Below, in pieces: positions 1-8,316 of a stretch of DNA of 20,000 bases (position 1 is its first letter; every line of letters starts with the position of its first letter). Made by a program: the position numbers and the translations under genes. This stretch comes from an uncultured virus (IMG/VR IMGVR_UViG_2061766007_000180). Taxonomy: Duplodnaviria; Heunggongvirae; Uroviricota; Caudoviricetes. The notes below the pieces were generated by a model. That model did not search any database. It saw nothing but the letters and a program-made list of their open reading frames with translations, and had not been told where the DNA came from. Location: IMG/VR virus record IMGVR_UViG_2061766007_000180. The stretch is one strand, 5' to 3'.

Positions 1-149
1 TGTTGCGCCCCTTCGGCGGTCTCGTCCGCAGAGAACACCCTGTACAGGCACATCTCGGGATTCTTGTACTGGAGGACATCGAGGAATTTCTCGACGGATT
101 CCTTCGTCTTTCCGACGGCACGAATGGTGAACATACAGTTGTTTGCCAT
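1..149 (-). CDS. Hypothetical protein, 5' part (runs off window)
   Basis: AAAGGAAACAATC-ATG at 149; MANNCMFTIRAVGKTKESVEKFLDVLQYKNPEMCLYRVFSADETAEGAQ stays open to the window edge. The MANNC start weakly recalls DUF1281/YubB-like proteins. Confidence 0.8.
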   Translation of the reverse strand, partial: MANNCMFTIRAVGKTKESVEKFLDVLQYKNPEMCLYRVFSADETAEGAQ

Positions 150-164
150 GATTGTTTCCTTTCT

Positions 165-401
165 TCAGAATTCAAGGATCTCGTCTCCGGTGGCCTCAAC
201 GATGAGGTCTCGGATTGCCTTGCGGTGGTTGTAAATCTCGTCAAGGAGTTCATCGTGTTCGTTACAGGTCTCCACATCCCAAAATTCGCGGTTGCCGTGC
301 TCCTCATCGAAGACCCACTCGTCGTCGCGGAGCGCGTTGTACTCCATGATCTCGTCGATGAGTTCCTTGAGGATCTCCGTGTCGGTTCTGTTCTTCTTCA
401 T
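165..401 (-). CDS. Highly acidic hypothetical protein (78 aa)
   Basis: Own promoter 430-458 and AAAGGA RBS; 25 D/E versus 9 K/R. Confidence 0.9.
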   Translation of the reverse strand: MKKNRTDTEILKELIDEIMEYNALRDDEWVFDEEHGNREFWDVETCNEHDELLDEIYNHRKAIRDLIVEATGDEILEF

Positions 402-454
402 TGTTGGTTTCCTTTCTCGTTATGTCCAGATTATACCAAACTTCCGGAAGAATG

Positions 455-730
455 TCAACCGAAAAACCTATATCCCGGATAACTTCTGATCCGGGAGGAC
501 TTGTCCGCGACATGGCTCTTCCACCGGGGAGGGAATCCGTGCTTGCGCTGATATGCGTAGTAGAAGGTGGTCGCGTCACAATCCTCTTCGAGGTATGCGC
601 AGTCTCCCCTCATGTAGGAGTACGCGCTGATCTTGTCCGCGATTCCGAGTTCCCGGAGGATCGCCTTTTCGACCTTGAGCCAACCGTGGCCGGGATCGGA
701 GTAGAAGTCAAAGACTTTCTTGATTTTCAT
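455..730 (-). CDS. Hypothetical phage-type protein with DPGHGWL / YLEEDCD motifs (91 aa)
   Basis: Start MKIKK follows promoter 762-790 and an RBS. The motifs are recalled from uncharacterised phage proteins. The stop TGA lies inside the next -35. Confidence 0.88.
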   Translation of the reverse strand: MKIKKVFDFYSDPGHGWLKVEKAILRELGIADKISAYSYMRGDCAYLEEDCDATTFYYAYQRKHGFPPRWKSHVADKSSRIRSYPGYRFFG

Positions 731-882
731 TTCGTTTCCTTTCTTCGTTCGTTGTGGCAACAGTATACACCATCTTCCGGGAGAAGTCAAGCGAAAACCC
801 TTCCGGAAAGATTTTTCTTCAAGATTGAAAATTTGCTTGACTTTTCCTGGAAAAGTGATATTTTTCCGAAAATTAGGTCGGG

Positions 883-913
883 AAAAACGGAGGCCCTCCG
901 CGAGGAGGGCCTC
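883..913 (-). terminator. Intrinsic terminator-like hairpin
   Basis: GAGGCCCTCC-gcga-GGAGGGCCTC (890-913); the A-run at 883-887 is a U-tract on the minus strand. Confidence 0.75.
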
Positions 914-932
914 AGTTTGCATCCCCTTCCTG

Positions 933-1160
933 TCAGACATCCAAGGTCACGGTCGCGAAGCAGTGTCCCTGAACATACCACGATTTCCCCCGACGAAGGG
1001 CGTAGACGAGATCTTCCAACTCGTCTTTCATGATGTCGAAAATGCCGAGTTCGGAAAGGGCGGTGGAGATTTCGTCCTCCATGGAACCTTTCATTACGGA
1101 GGCATACTCCACCGGATGTTCGGCCTCCTCGTTGATTACTTCCAAGACATTGATCTTCAT
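933..1160 (-). CDS. Hypothetical protein (75 aa)
   Basis: Promoter 1188-1216, AAAGGA RBS. Confidence 0.88.
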   Translation of the reverse strand: MKINVLEVINEEAEHPVEYASVMKGSMEDEISTALSELGIFDIMKDELEDLVYALRRGKSWYVQGHCFATVTLDV

Positions 1161-1212
1161 TTCGTTTTCCTTTCTCGTTATGTCTAGATTATATCAGACC
1201 GGAGGAGGGTTG

Positions 1213-1407
1213 TCAACCGAAAATCCCGTCTCTTTCGATCTCCCACGGCTCCTGTTCCGGAAAGTCGAGAGATTCCTCTCCGGTCTCCCGGTTCACCACC
1301 TTGAACTTTCCGTAGTATTTCTCGTAGACGATCCGCTCGGCCTCTTGTGGGGAATCGGCCTCCACTTCCCAGTTGGCCTCGAACGTGTGCGCGAAGGTGA
1401 ATTTCAT
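1213..1407 (-). CDS. Hypothetical acidic protein (64 aa)
   Basis: Start MKFTF with AAAGGAG RBS, directly after the stop of 1409-1615; its stop lies within the -35 of the next promoter. Confidence 0.85.
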   Translation of the reverse strand: MKFTFAHTFEANWEVEADSPQEAERIVYEKYYGKFKVVNRETGEESLDFPEQEPWEIERDGIFG

Positions 1408-1408
1408 G

Positions 1409-1615
1409 TCAGATCTCCTTTGGTGCGAGGTTGTAGAGCCAAGGAAACTCCTTGGCGAGTTCGTGGCTTTTGCCGAGTTGACAGGCAATGTCCAAGGCAA
1501 GATCGGCCAGTTTGTCCTGAAGTTCGCAGAGATCGTCCTGTTCCATGAGATCGTCTCCGCGCCATGCGATCTTCTGAAGGTTGACTACCTTCGCGTAGAT
1601 GTTTTCCATCGTCAT
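1409..1615 (-). CDS. Hypothetical protein (68 aa)
   Basis: Promoter 1647-1675, RBS. Confidence 0.87.
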   Translation of the reverse strand: MTMENIYAKVVNLQKIAWRGDDLMEQDDLCELQDKLADLALDIACQLGKSHELAKEFPWLYNLAPKEI

Positions 1616-1681
1616 TTCGTTTTCCTTTCCTGTTCGTTATGCCCAGATTATAGCAGATGTTCCGGAGAATGTCAACCGAAA

Positions 1682-1930
1682 TCAGACTCTCCGGATCGAA
1701 AATCCCTTCAGAAAGGTGGTTCCGGCCTCGGACTTCTCTCCGGAACGGATCATCGCGGAAGAACCTTTCCGGAGAGATCTCACGGAAGCGATCCACTCCC
1801 GGCAGTTCCCAACCGAGATGGCCTTGAAGAGGAAGTCGATTTCGTCGAGGGACATCCTCCGGTCTTTGATCGCCCCCAACTGTCCGTTGTCGGCGATGTA
1901 GGCGTAGGTCACAAGGTAGTTCTTCTTCAT
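1682..1930 (-). CDS. Hypothetical protein (82 aa)
   Basis: GGAGG RBS; the start abuts the stop of 1932-2087. Confidence 0.82.
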   Translation of the reverse strand: MKKNYLVTYAYIADNGQLGAIKDRRMSLDEIDFLFKAISVGNCREWIASVRSLRKGSSAMIRSGEKSEAGTTFLKGFSIRRV

Positions 1931-1931
1931 C

Positions 1932-2087
1932 TCATGCCTCCGGAGCGGTCTTGCGCTGGGTCTTCCAGAACCGGATCGTGTCCCGCGTCGCCTTGAGGTC
2001 GAAACGGATGTCTGCGATCTTTTGCTTCAAGGATTCGATCCTGCGCTCTTCTCGCTTGATCTCTCGGTCGATGTCTTTCTTGGTCAT
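1932..2087 (-). CDS. Small basic coiled-coil-like protein (51 aa)
   Basis: Hand-translated MTKKDIDREIKREERRIESLKQKIADIRFDLKATRDTIRFWKTQRKTAPEA; promoter 2112-2140 plus RBS. Confidence 0.85.
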   Translation of the reverse strand: MTKKDIDREIKREERRIESLKQKIADIRFDLKATRDTIRFWKTQRKTAPEA

Positions 2088-2153
2088 GTCTTGTTTTCCT
2101 TTCATGCCTAGATTATACCAAAAGGTTTGGCCCTCGTCAAGCGAAACCGGAAG

Positions 2154-2185
2154 AAAAATCCCGGGCCCTCGGACAGGCCCAGGAT
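2154..2185 (-). terminator. Intrinsic terminator-like hairpin
   Basis: ATCCCGGGCC/GGCCCAGGAT stem (the C-A mismatch is G-U on the minus strand) with an A-run, just after the DUF932 stop. Confidence 0.7.
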
Positions 2186-2194
2186 CTCGTTCGG

Positions 2195-3040
2195 CTACTC
2201 CACGTCCACCGCATCCTCGACGTCATCGCCGAGTGGCTTGAAGGTCGGGTCGATGATCGACATGATGAGGTTGTTGCAGTAGCGGGAGGCGGAGGCGGCC
2301 TGTGCCGGGTTCTTGATCTGGTGGGTGGTCACCGTGCTGACCGCGTTCAGAAGGCGGAAGCAGGAGGAATCGTCGTGGTTGTTGAGCGAGGGATTCTCCA
2401 GTTCCTCCAAGACGCGCAGGAGATTCGCCGAGCCGAGGTAGGGGTTCTTGTAGAAGTAGCGGTTTCCGTTGGCCCTCACACGCCACTCTCCGTTGGCCTT
2501 GCGGACGAACGCTCCGAGGATCGAATCCGTGAGACGGGTTCCCTTCATCGTGTCGATCTGATGGTGGATCGCGTCCTTGTCCTGAAGGAAGCGGTCGAAC
2601 ACGAAGTCGATCCGGGAATCAATAGCCCCTTCGGACACGTTTCCGATGGTATGACGCATCCGGGAGGGCTGGACAATGGCCGTGAGAACGCCATTCTCGC
2701 AGCACAGGCACGAATTTCCTAGTGCTCCTGCAAACGCGAACGACTGGTCGGAGGAATTCCGGAAGCCGCACTGGAGGGTGTAGTCCGGGCGAGACTCGTT
2801 CACCACGTTCGCCACGTACATGAACCGGGTACCGTCCTTCTTCAGCGCACAGTCCTCCTTCGCGAGGACGAGGCCGAAAGACCTGGCCCTCTCGCGGAAC
2901 TTCGTGAGAATCTCCGCCGAGGAGACCGGAGAATGGAACCTCCCGCGAGGAGTCATGTCCTCATGGGCGCGGATGAAGTCCACCTCGTTCGCTCCGTCTT
3001 CGTTCCTGAACCATACGCGAGTATCTGCTATAACGCTCAT
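2195..3040 (-). CDS. DUF932-family protein (281 aa)
   Basis: GFRNSSDQSFAFAGALGNSCLCCENG...RMRHT matches the DUF932 pattern (RNSxDxS..G...CxNG...RH); AAAGGA RBS. Confidence 0.8.
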   Translation of the reverse strand: MSVIADTRVWFRNEDGANEVDFIRAHEDMTPRGRFHSPVSSAEILTKFRERARSFGLVLAKEDCALKKDGTRFMYVANVVNESRPDYTLQCGFRNSSDQSFAFAGALGNSCLCCENGVLTAIVQPSRMRHTIGNVSEGAIDSRIDFVFDRFLQDKDAIHHQIDTMKGTRLTDSILGAFVRKANGEWRVRANGNRYFYKNPYLGSANLLRVLEELENPSLNNHDDSSCFRLLNAVSTVTTHQIKNPAQAASASRYCNNLIMSIIDPTFKPLGDDVEDAVDVE

Positions 3041-3083
3041 TTTCTGTTTCCTTTCTGTGTTTTTTGTTTGTTTTGTGTTGAAA

Positions 3084-3191
3084 TCACTTGATGAACTTGA
3101 AATCGAACTTGACGATGGTGTACTGGGAGCGGTAGTTCTCGCTCTCGACCTCGAAGGTGGAACTGGCTGGCTTCTTTGCTTTCGTCTTCAT
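3084..3191 (-). CDS. Small hypothetical protein (35 aa)
   Basis: MKTKAKK...FKFIK after promoter 3216-3244 and RBS. Confidence 0.7.
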   Translation of the reverse strand: MKTKAKKPASSTFEVESENYRSQYTIVKFDFKFIK

Positions 3192-3250
3192 CTGTTGTTT
3201 TCCTTTCATGCCCAGATTATACCAAACCGGGATAGGGTTGTCAACCGAAA

Positions 3251-3553
3251 TCATCTCGCCGAATTGAAAAGATCGAGGATTTCCTGTCCGAAGTCCCAGA
3301 CGATCTCCTTGTCCAGTTCCTTCCCCATCTTGTAGGAAATATCCCAGAACGGGACGATCTCCACTTCCTTCACATGGGCGAGGAGACGCTCGAAGTAGTC
3401 CTTGAAGTACAGGAACCGGGGCTTGACCGTCCAGTCGTCGCCCTCGTAGTTCTCCACGCACCACTTCGCGACAAGGGCGTTCGCTTGCAGGTGATGGTTT
3501 GCCTCGGTGCAGAAATTGATCTCCTTCAAGGTCTCGAAATCGGGTTTCTTCAT
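3251..3553 (-). CDS. Hypothetical protein (100 aa)
   Basis: Start MKKPDF after promoter 3578-3606. Confidence 0.88.
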   Translation of the reverse strand: MKKPDFETLKEINFCTEANHHLQANALVAKWCVENYEGDDWTVKPRFLYFKDYFERLLAHVKEVEIVPFWDISYKMGKELDKEIVWDFGQEILDLFNSAR

Positions 3554-3685
3554 CTGTCGGTTTCCTTTCATGCCCACATTATACACCTTTCCGGGAGGGA
3601 AGTCAACCGAAAATATCCAACCGGGGGAAATAGTTTCCGGAAAGGTTTTTCGCTTGACTTTCCTTCCGGATCTGGTATTTTTCCG

Positions 3686-3713
3686 AAAAATGGGCCCGGG
3701 AAAATCCCAGGCC
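3686..3713 (-). terminator. Intrinsic terminator-like hairpin
   Basis: GGCCCGGGA/TCCCAGGCC stem next to an A-run. Confidence 0.6.
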
Positions 3714-3718
3714 TGCGT

Positions 3719-3991
3719 TCAACTTTCCAGTTCCTCCTTCGGACACCCGGTTTCCTTGGCGATCTTCTCCCACTCGTCCCGGAAGAAGTAGTGGTACTCG
3801 TCGCGATCAGCTCCGTTGGGAAACTCCCGGTTGAGAAGGAAATCGAGGGTTGCGACCGCTCCGGGATTCTCCCCGAGCCAGTCGAAGAGCCGGATCGACT
3901 CCAGCGGAAGATCGGTCTTGCTGCGATCCTCCCCGCCCACCTCCTCGTAGTAGAGGTTCATTGCCCGCATGTATTGGTTGACCTTGATCAT
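3719..3991 (-). CDS. Hypothetical protein (90 aa)
   Basis: Start MIKVNQ with GAAAGGAG RBS. Confidence 0.85.
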   Translation of the reverse strand: MIKVNQYMRAMNLYYEEVGGEDRSKTDLPLESIRLFDWLGENPGAVATLDFLLNREFPNGADRDEYHYFFRDEWEKIAKETGCPKEELES

Positions 3992-4004
3992 GACGATTCT
4001 CCTT

Positions 4005-4304
4005 TCAGCACCACGAAAGGTACGCATATTCCCCCGTCGGAGCGGCGATCAAGCCTTTGACCAGTTCCCGGAACTGCTCTCCGGTGATTTCGTCCCTATC
4101 CACGAAAGCCTCTTCCGGGATGGCCTTCAACTGGTCTTTCTCCAGTTCCCACTCGGAGTTCTCCCCGTACTCCCCTCCGCCGATGACGTCCACGTCATTG
4201 TCGAGAAAGAAGTTCCAGACGGTCTGGCTCTTGAAGTTCATGTCCGGGATTGCATCTCCCGTCTCGATGATGTGCTTCGTTTGGATATGTGGTCTATAAC
4301 CCAT
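4005..4304 (-). CDS. Hypothetical acidic protein (99 aa)
   Basis: Start MGYRPH after promoter 4338-4366. Confidence 0.88.
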   Translation of the reverse strand: MGYRPHIQTKHIIETGDAIPDMNFKSQTVWNFFLDNDVDVIGGGEYGENSEWELEKDQLKAIPEEAFVDRDEITGEQFRELVKGLIAAPTGEYAYLSWC

Positions 4305-4435
4305 TTTCGTTTTCCTTTCTTGTTTCGTTATGCCTAGATTATACCAGATCGTCCGGGGAATGTCAAGCGAACGGCGGAAAAAGATATTTTTTTGGTTTTT
4401 TGCTTGACTTCTTGCGGAATTCCGGTATTTTTCCG

Positions 4436-4482
4436 AAAAAACCGCCCGGAGGGGCTGGCCCTCCGGGAAAGGCTTTTTTTTT
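4436..4482. terminator. Possibly bidirectional terminator
   Basis: CCCGGAGGG/CCCTCCGGG (4445-4467) with an A-run on the left and a T-run on the right. Confidence 0.7.
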
Positions 4483-4491
4483 GGATCGGCG

Positions 4492-4746
4492 TCACTTCTC
4501 GATCCTGGAGATCGAGAAGTTCCATTCGTACCCATGCCACCGGGAGACTAGAATCTCTCCCTCTGACACCTTGCGAACCTGTCGGGGAGAAGGCTTGCGG
4601 CCGATCAGATGCCGGAATGCATCCATGAAGGCGAGGACTGCCTCCTTCCGGGTCTTGCACACGTCCGGGACTTCCTGTATCCCGTGGAGTTTCCCGTTGA
4701 GAAACAGGTTCTTGTGGAGCAGGTATCGGGTCTTCTTGGTATTCAT
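4492..4746 (-). CDS. Hypothetical basic protein (84 aa)
   Basis: Promoter 4785-4813, RBS. Confidence 0.87.
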   Translation of the reverse strand: MNTKKTRYLLHKNLFLNGKLHGIQEVPDVCKTRKEAVLAFMDAFRHLIGRKPSPRQVRKVSEGEILVSRWHGYEWNFSISRIEK

Positions 4747-4809
4747 CTTCTTTCCTTTCTCGTTTCGTTGTTCGTTATACTTAGATTATAGCAGATGTTC
4801 CGGTGGAAG

Positions 4810-5070
4810 TCAAGCAAAAGACTTCCTGCGAAGTTCCACAAGTCTGTCAGCCATCGCGGCGCGAAGCGCCTTGATCGTCCGGACTCCGCGATTCCACATG
4901 GACTGAACCGTGGAAACGATCCACTCCTCGTATTCGTCCGTGTGTCCGCCATCCTCCGGAACAGGCTCAAGGCCAGTCTCCTCGTAATATACGACAAACC
5001 ACTCGTTCTGGACATCGTTGAAGATGACCGCATCCAGAAGTTCGTCCGCGCTATTGAAGACGTTTTCCAT
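4810..5070 (-). CDS. Hypothetical acidic protein (86 aa)
   Basis: AGGAG RBS; the stop lies inside a -35 box. Confidence 0.85.
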   Translation of the reverse strand: MENVFNSADELLDAVIFNDVQNEWFVVYYEETGLEPVPEDGGHTDEYEEWIVSTVQSMWNRGVRTIKALRAAMADRLVELRRKSFA

Positions 5071-5093
5071 TCCGCATCTCCTCTGTCCGGTCT

Positions 5094-5381
5094 CTAGTCA
5101 AGGAACCGGAAGTAGTATTCCGCATCCTCGCCCTTGAAGTGGTCGCATCCGTAGGCGTCGGCCTTCTTCCACAGTTCATTATAGAGCCGGGCGCGGGATT
5201 CGTCCTTCTTGTACCAGTACCAGATGAGGTGGTTGAGGGTCATGACGAGAGGAGCGAAATACCTCACGTTGTCCTTCCACTCGTTGAACGCCCGGTTGTA
5301 GGTGTCCCGGATCGCGCTCTCGCCGAAACAATCGGCAATCCGGAAGTCCTGCATGAATCCTTCGTAGTCAGACTCGTCCAT
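5094..5381 (-). CDS. Conserved phage-type hypothetical protein (95 aa)
   Basis: QDFRIADCFGESAIRDTYNRAFNEWK...LNHLIW pattern recalled from uncharacterised phage proteins; promoter 5415-5443. Confidence 0.88.
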   Translation of the reverse strand: MDESDYEGFMQDFRIADCFGESAIRDTYNRAFNEWKDNVRYFAPLVMTLNHLIWYWYKKDESRARLYNELWKKADAYGCDHFKGEDAEYYFRFLD

Positions 5382-5439
5382 TTCGTTTTTCCTTTCTTGT
5401 TTCGTTGTGTCCAAATTATACCAAACCGGAAGGCCGGTG

Positions 5440-5679
5440 TCAAGCGGAAACCTTCTCGCTGAAGATTATTTCCGTGTAATCCCGGTCACATCCGTTCTTG
5501 TTCTTGTCGTGCCAAAACCGGGAGGACTTGTACTCGTAGAGATCCTTCCGGGAATTGACGTAGTGATCTTCCGAATAGAACGTGCTCTGCGTGACGCGCT
5601 TCCCGTTGACGTAGTAGTGTGTCGCGTGGAGCGTTCTGATTCCGGTGAAGCAACTGAACTCGATAATGAGGAATTTCAT
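5440..5679 (-). CDS. Hypothetical protein (79 aa)
   Basis: Start MKFLII after promoter 5702-5730; the stop lies inside the next -35. Confidence 0.83.
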   Translation of the reverse strand: MKFLIIEFSCFTGIRTLHATHYYVNGKRVTQSTFYSEDHYVNSRKDLYEYKSSRFWHDKNKNGCDRDYTEIIFSEKVSA

Positions 5680-5804
5680 CTTCTTGTCCTTTCGTGTCCA
5701 CATTATACCAAACCGGAAAAGAGATGTCAACCGAAACTTTCCGGAAGATTTTTTTTTTTCGATTTCGGTTGACTTTGCTGGAGGATGTGCTATTTTTCCG
5801 AAAG

Positions 5805-6191
5805 TCAGCGGAAGGATTCGATGCCGTAAACCACGTAGGGCTTGAACTCGCCCATGCAGTCGCAGGATCGGATCGTGTTGTAGTCGATCCATTCGACGGC
5901 ATCCTCGTAAGACCACCTGTTCCGGACCATCATGATCCCGACCAGCTTGTCGTAGGAGTAGAGCAGATGGTCGTGGTCGTGCGTGACTCCGATCACCGCG
6001 TCGAGGTATTCTCCGGGTTTGTCCCCGATGTAGACCAACCGATCGTTGACTTCCTCCAGCTGCTTGAGCAGCCACTCCTTCTCTTCGGATGGTTGCTTTT
6101 TGGGTTGCTTCTTTTCCGGTTCGGACTTGAACTGGTTCTTCTTGGCCTTCTCGGCGATCTTCTTGGGGGTCTTCAGCGTGTTCTTCTTCAT
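5805..6191 (-). CDS. Phage-type hypothetical protein with Lys-rich N-terminal tail (128 aa)
   Basis: ATGA overlap with the upstream ORF; C-terminal DAVIG..YSYDKLV..EDAVEWIDYNT pattern recalled from phage proteins. Confidence 0.82.
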   Translation of the reverse strand: MKKNTLKTPKKIAEKAKKNQFKSEPEKKQPKKQPSEEKEWLLKQLEEVNDRLVYIGDKPGEYLDAVIGVTHDHDHLLYSYDKLVGIMMVRNRWSYEDAVEWIDYNTIRSCDCMGEFKPYVVYGIESFR

Positions 6192-6472
6192 GCAAATAGT
6201 GTACGCTTGCCGTCGAGGACGTCGAACACCGTCTTCACCTTTTCCCTGTCCGCGTTCTCCTTGGGGATCTTTCCGTCGAAAGTGACCGCTCCCCGGTTCG
6301 TGACCGTCACGGGAATCCTTCTCCGGGAAGTCCCTCCGGAGGAATCCTTCTCCCACGTCGAGAGCCAGAAAGTCCTGACCCTCGTCCTCTTCCCCTCGTC
6401 ATGCTCGGAGTAGTCCCTCCCGGACTTCTCTTCTGGGAGAGGATCGTCGAACTCGATTCCGCAGATGTTCAC
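6188..6472 (-). CDS. Hypothetical protein (94 aa)
   Basis: GTG start in a GTGA overlap, GAGGAG RBS. Confidence 0.82.
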   Translation of the reverse strand: MNICGIEFDDPLPEEKSGRDYSEHDEGKRTRVRTFWLSTWEKDSSGGTSRRRIPVTVTNRGAVTFDGKIPKENADREKVKTVFDVLDGKRTLFA

Positions 6473-6702
6473 ACCGCGCTCCTCACCGTTTCCCAGTTCC
6501 GGACGTGAGCCGCCACGGAAAGTTCGTTCGGAACGACGATTCCCGTCCGGGAGTAGATTTCGGTGGAGATCCTCCAGACGAGATCCTGCGGAATTTCGAC
6601 GAGTCTCCGCAGGACGGAGAACCGGATGGTCTTCTCCGTGAGATGGGGGAAATCCTCCATGTCCCGATCAGACCAGTTCCACTCTATCTGAAAGTCGGTC
6701 AT
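6469..6702 (-). CDS. Hypothetical protein (77 aa)
   Basis: AGGAG RBS; part of a coupled 4-gene unit. Confidence 0.82.
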   Translation of the reverse strand: MTDFQIEWNWSDRDMEDFPHLTEKTIRFSVLRRLVEIPQDLVWRISTEIYSRTGIVVPNELSVAAHVRNWETVRSAV

Positions 6703-6711
6703 TCCCGTCTC

Positions 6712-6948
6712 CTAGTCCAAGTCCACACAGACCGTGGGGACGCGGCGTCCGTCCTCCGGGTCTTTGCACATCTCAAGATATATATCGTCCCCGAAAGTCT
6801 TGTTGAGCAACGGCTTGATCTCCTCCATCACGGGTTCATACCATCCAATGTAGTCGGCCATCCAAAGCCACACGATCTCTCCGTCCGGCTTCTTGATGCG
6901 GACGAGAGTTTCGTCATTTATGACGTTCAAGAGTGTCTTGAGTTTCAT
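6712..6948 (-). CDS. Hypothetical protein (78 aa)
   Basis: Promoter 6972-7000, RBS. Confidence 0.88.
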   Translation of the reverse strand: MKLKTLLNVINDETLVRIKKPDGEIVWLWMADYIGWYEPVMEEIKPLLNKTFGDDIYLEMCKDPEDGRRVPTVCVDLD

Positions 6949-7009
6949 TCTTCTGTTCCTTTCATGCCTAGATTATACCAGAAGTCCTGGCCCTCGTCAA
7001 GCGAAAAGA

Positions 7010-7288
7010 TCAGAGGTTCCGCAGTTCGCAGAGACTGTCCTCAAGATCGTTCAGCGCCATGTTCTGATCTGCCGTATATCCGTAGCATCCCGCCGTGAAC
7101 GAGCAGTCATGCGCTCCGCAGAGCATGACAAGACGAATGTCCGAGATCTTGTCGAAATCCGTGTGCCGCAGTCGGTCAATCGCGAGGAAATGCTCCACCC
7201 TCATGTCGGGCGAGAGGGTGGGAAAGACCTCCACGATCCGTTTCATCTTCCGGACGATCTCCTCTCGCAGTTCCTTCGGAATGTTCAT
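7010..7288 (-). CDS. Hypothetical protein (92 aa)
   Basis: Start MNIPKE after promoter 7313-7341. Confidence 0.87.
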   Translation of the reverse strand: MNIPKELREEIVRKMKRIVEVFPTLSPDMRVEHFLAIDRLRHTDFDKISDIRLVMLCGAHDCSFTAGCYGYTADQNMALNDLEDSLCELRNL

Positions 7289-7351
7289 GTCTTGTTTTCC
7301 TTTTATGCCTAGAGTATACCAAAAGGCTTGGCCCCTGTCAACCAAAAAAAT

Positions 7352-7498
7352 TCAGTCCCCGAACGTCACGCACGAAGTGAGGGTGGCCGCCGCGATCCAG
7401 TAGATCGCCATCCTCCAGTTGGTCTGGAAGGCGTAGCAGATCGCGGAAGCCACGTTCAGACCTATCATCGCGACCGGAAACACATACTCGATTTTCAT
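7352..7498 (-). CDS. Small membrane protein, two predicted hydrophobic segments (48 aa)
   Basis: Hand-translated MKIEYVFPVAMIGLNVASAICYAFQTNWRMAIYWIAAATLTSCVTFGD; GGAG RBS. Confidence 0.78.
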   Translation of the reverse strand: MKIEYVFPVAMIGLNVASAICYAFQTNWRMAIYWIAAATLTSCVTFGD

Positions 7499-7522
7499 TT
7501 GCTACTCCAAAAGGCTTGGCCC

Positions 7523-8251
7523 TCATGCGGCGCGAAGGTTGAGGATCGGCTGGCACACGATCCCATGTCTCCGGAGCGCACTTTCCACAGACCCGTAGTC
7601 GTTTCCGTGGACGAAGATCGCACGGACCTTCCCGCCGCGGCTGTCCCATGTGTCCCGGACGCATCCGTTCGTGTCTATCGCCGCGACATGGCCGCTTGAC
7701 TGCGAGATGCAGGGCTTGGAAATGTAGCCTCTCAAGATTCGGGCGAGGACAGACCGCTTCGTGTGGCGGAGAAGGTTTACCTGCATCCACCCCTTCTCCC
7801 GGATCACGATGTCCCATGTTCCGGTGGTGTTCCTGCGTGTGTGCCTCTGCGCGGCGAGCAGATACTGGCGGCTCTCGATCTCCCGGTAGGACATGATCCC
7901 TTCGAGGCAGAACGCCATCGCCCGGGTCGTGCAATCTCCCTTCAAGGTGCGGATGCCGTCTCCCGGACGGACATCGGTGCGAATCCACTCGCACTCCGTG
8001 TTCCGGGACTCGTGCTTTCCCTTGGTCGCGTACCACTCCACGCCGATCTTCCGGCCAAAGGAGTTCTTCAGCGACCGCTTGTGGAGGGTGTAGCCGAGTT
8101 CGGCAACCTTCCGGGTGTAGGCCCGCCATTCCGACTTTTCCTCGCGCGAGATCAGACCGCAGTACGCGGATCGCTGGATCGCGTTCAGCCGCTGGAGGCA
8201 ATCCTCGACGGAAACGGGATGGACGGAGAGAAGTTGGATGCTGTCGTTCAT
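7523..8251 (-). CDS. Putative papain-like (C39-like) Cys-His-Asp domain protein (242 aa)
   Basis: GDCTTRAMA...GHVAAIDTNGCVRDTWDS motif set; promoter 8282-8310. Confidence 0.72.
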   Translation of the reverse strand: MNDSIQLLSVHPVSVEDCLQRLNAIQRSAYCGLISREEKSEWRAYTRKVAELGYTLHKRSLKNSFGRKIGVEWYATKGKHESRNTECEWIRTDVRPGDGIRTLKGDCTTRAMAFCLEGIMSYREIESRQYLLAAQRHTRRNTTGTWDIVIREKGWMQVNLLRHTKRSVLARILRGYISKPCISQSSGHVAAIDTNGCVRDTWDSRGGKVRAIFVHGNDYGSVESALRRHGIVCQPILNLRAA

Positions 8252-8316
8252 GGGTTCTGTTCCTTTCGTTCCTATGTCCAGATTATACCAAACCGCTCCC
8301 CCTTTGTCAACCGAAA

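Noticed and set aside
7338..8201. 287-aa minus-strand ORF overlapping 7523-8251
   Set aside because: An alternative frame, Arg/Pro-rich, with no RBS or promoter; the other frame carries the motifs.
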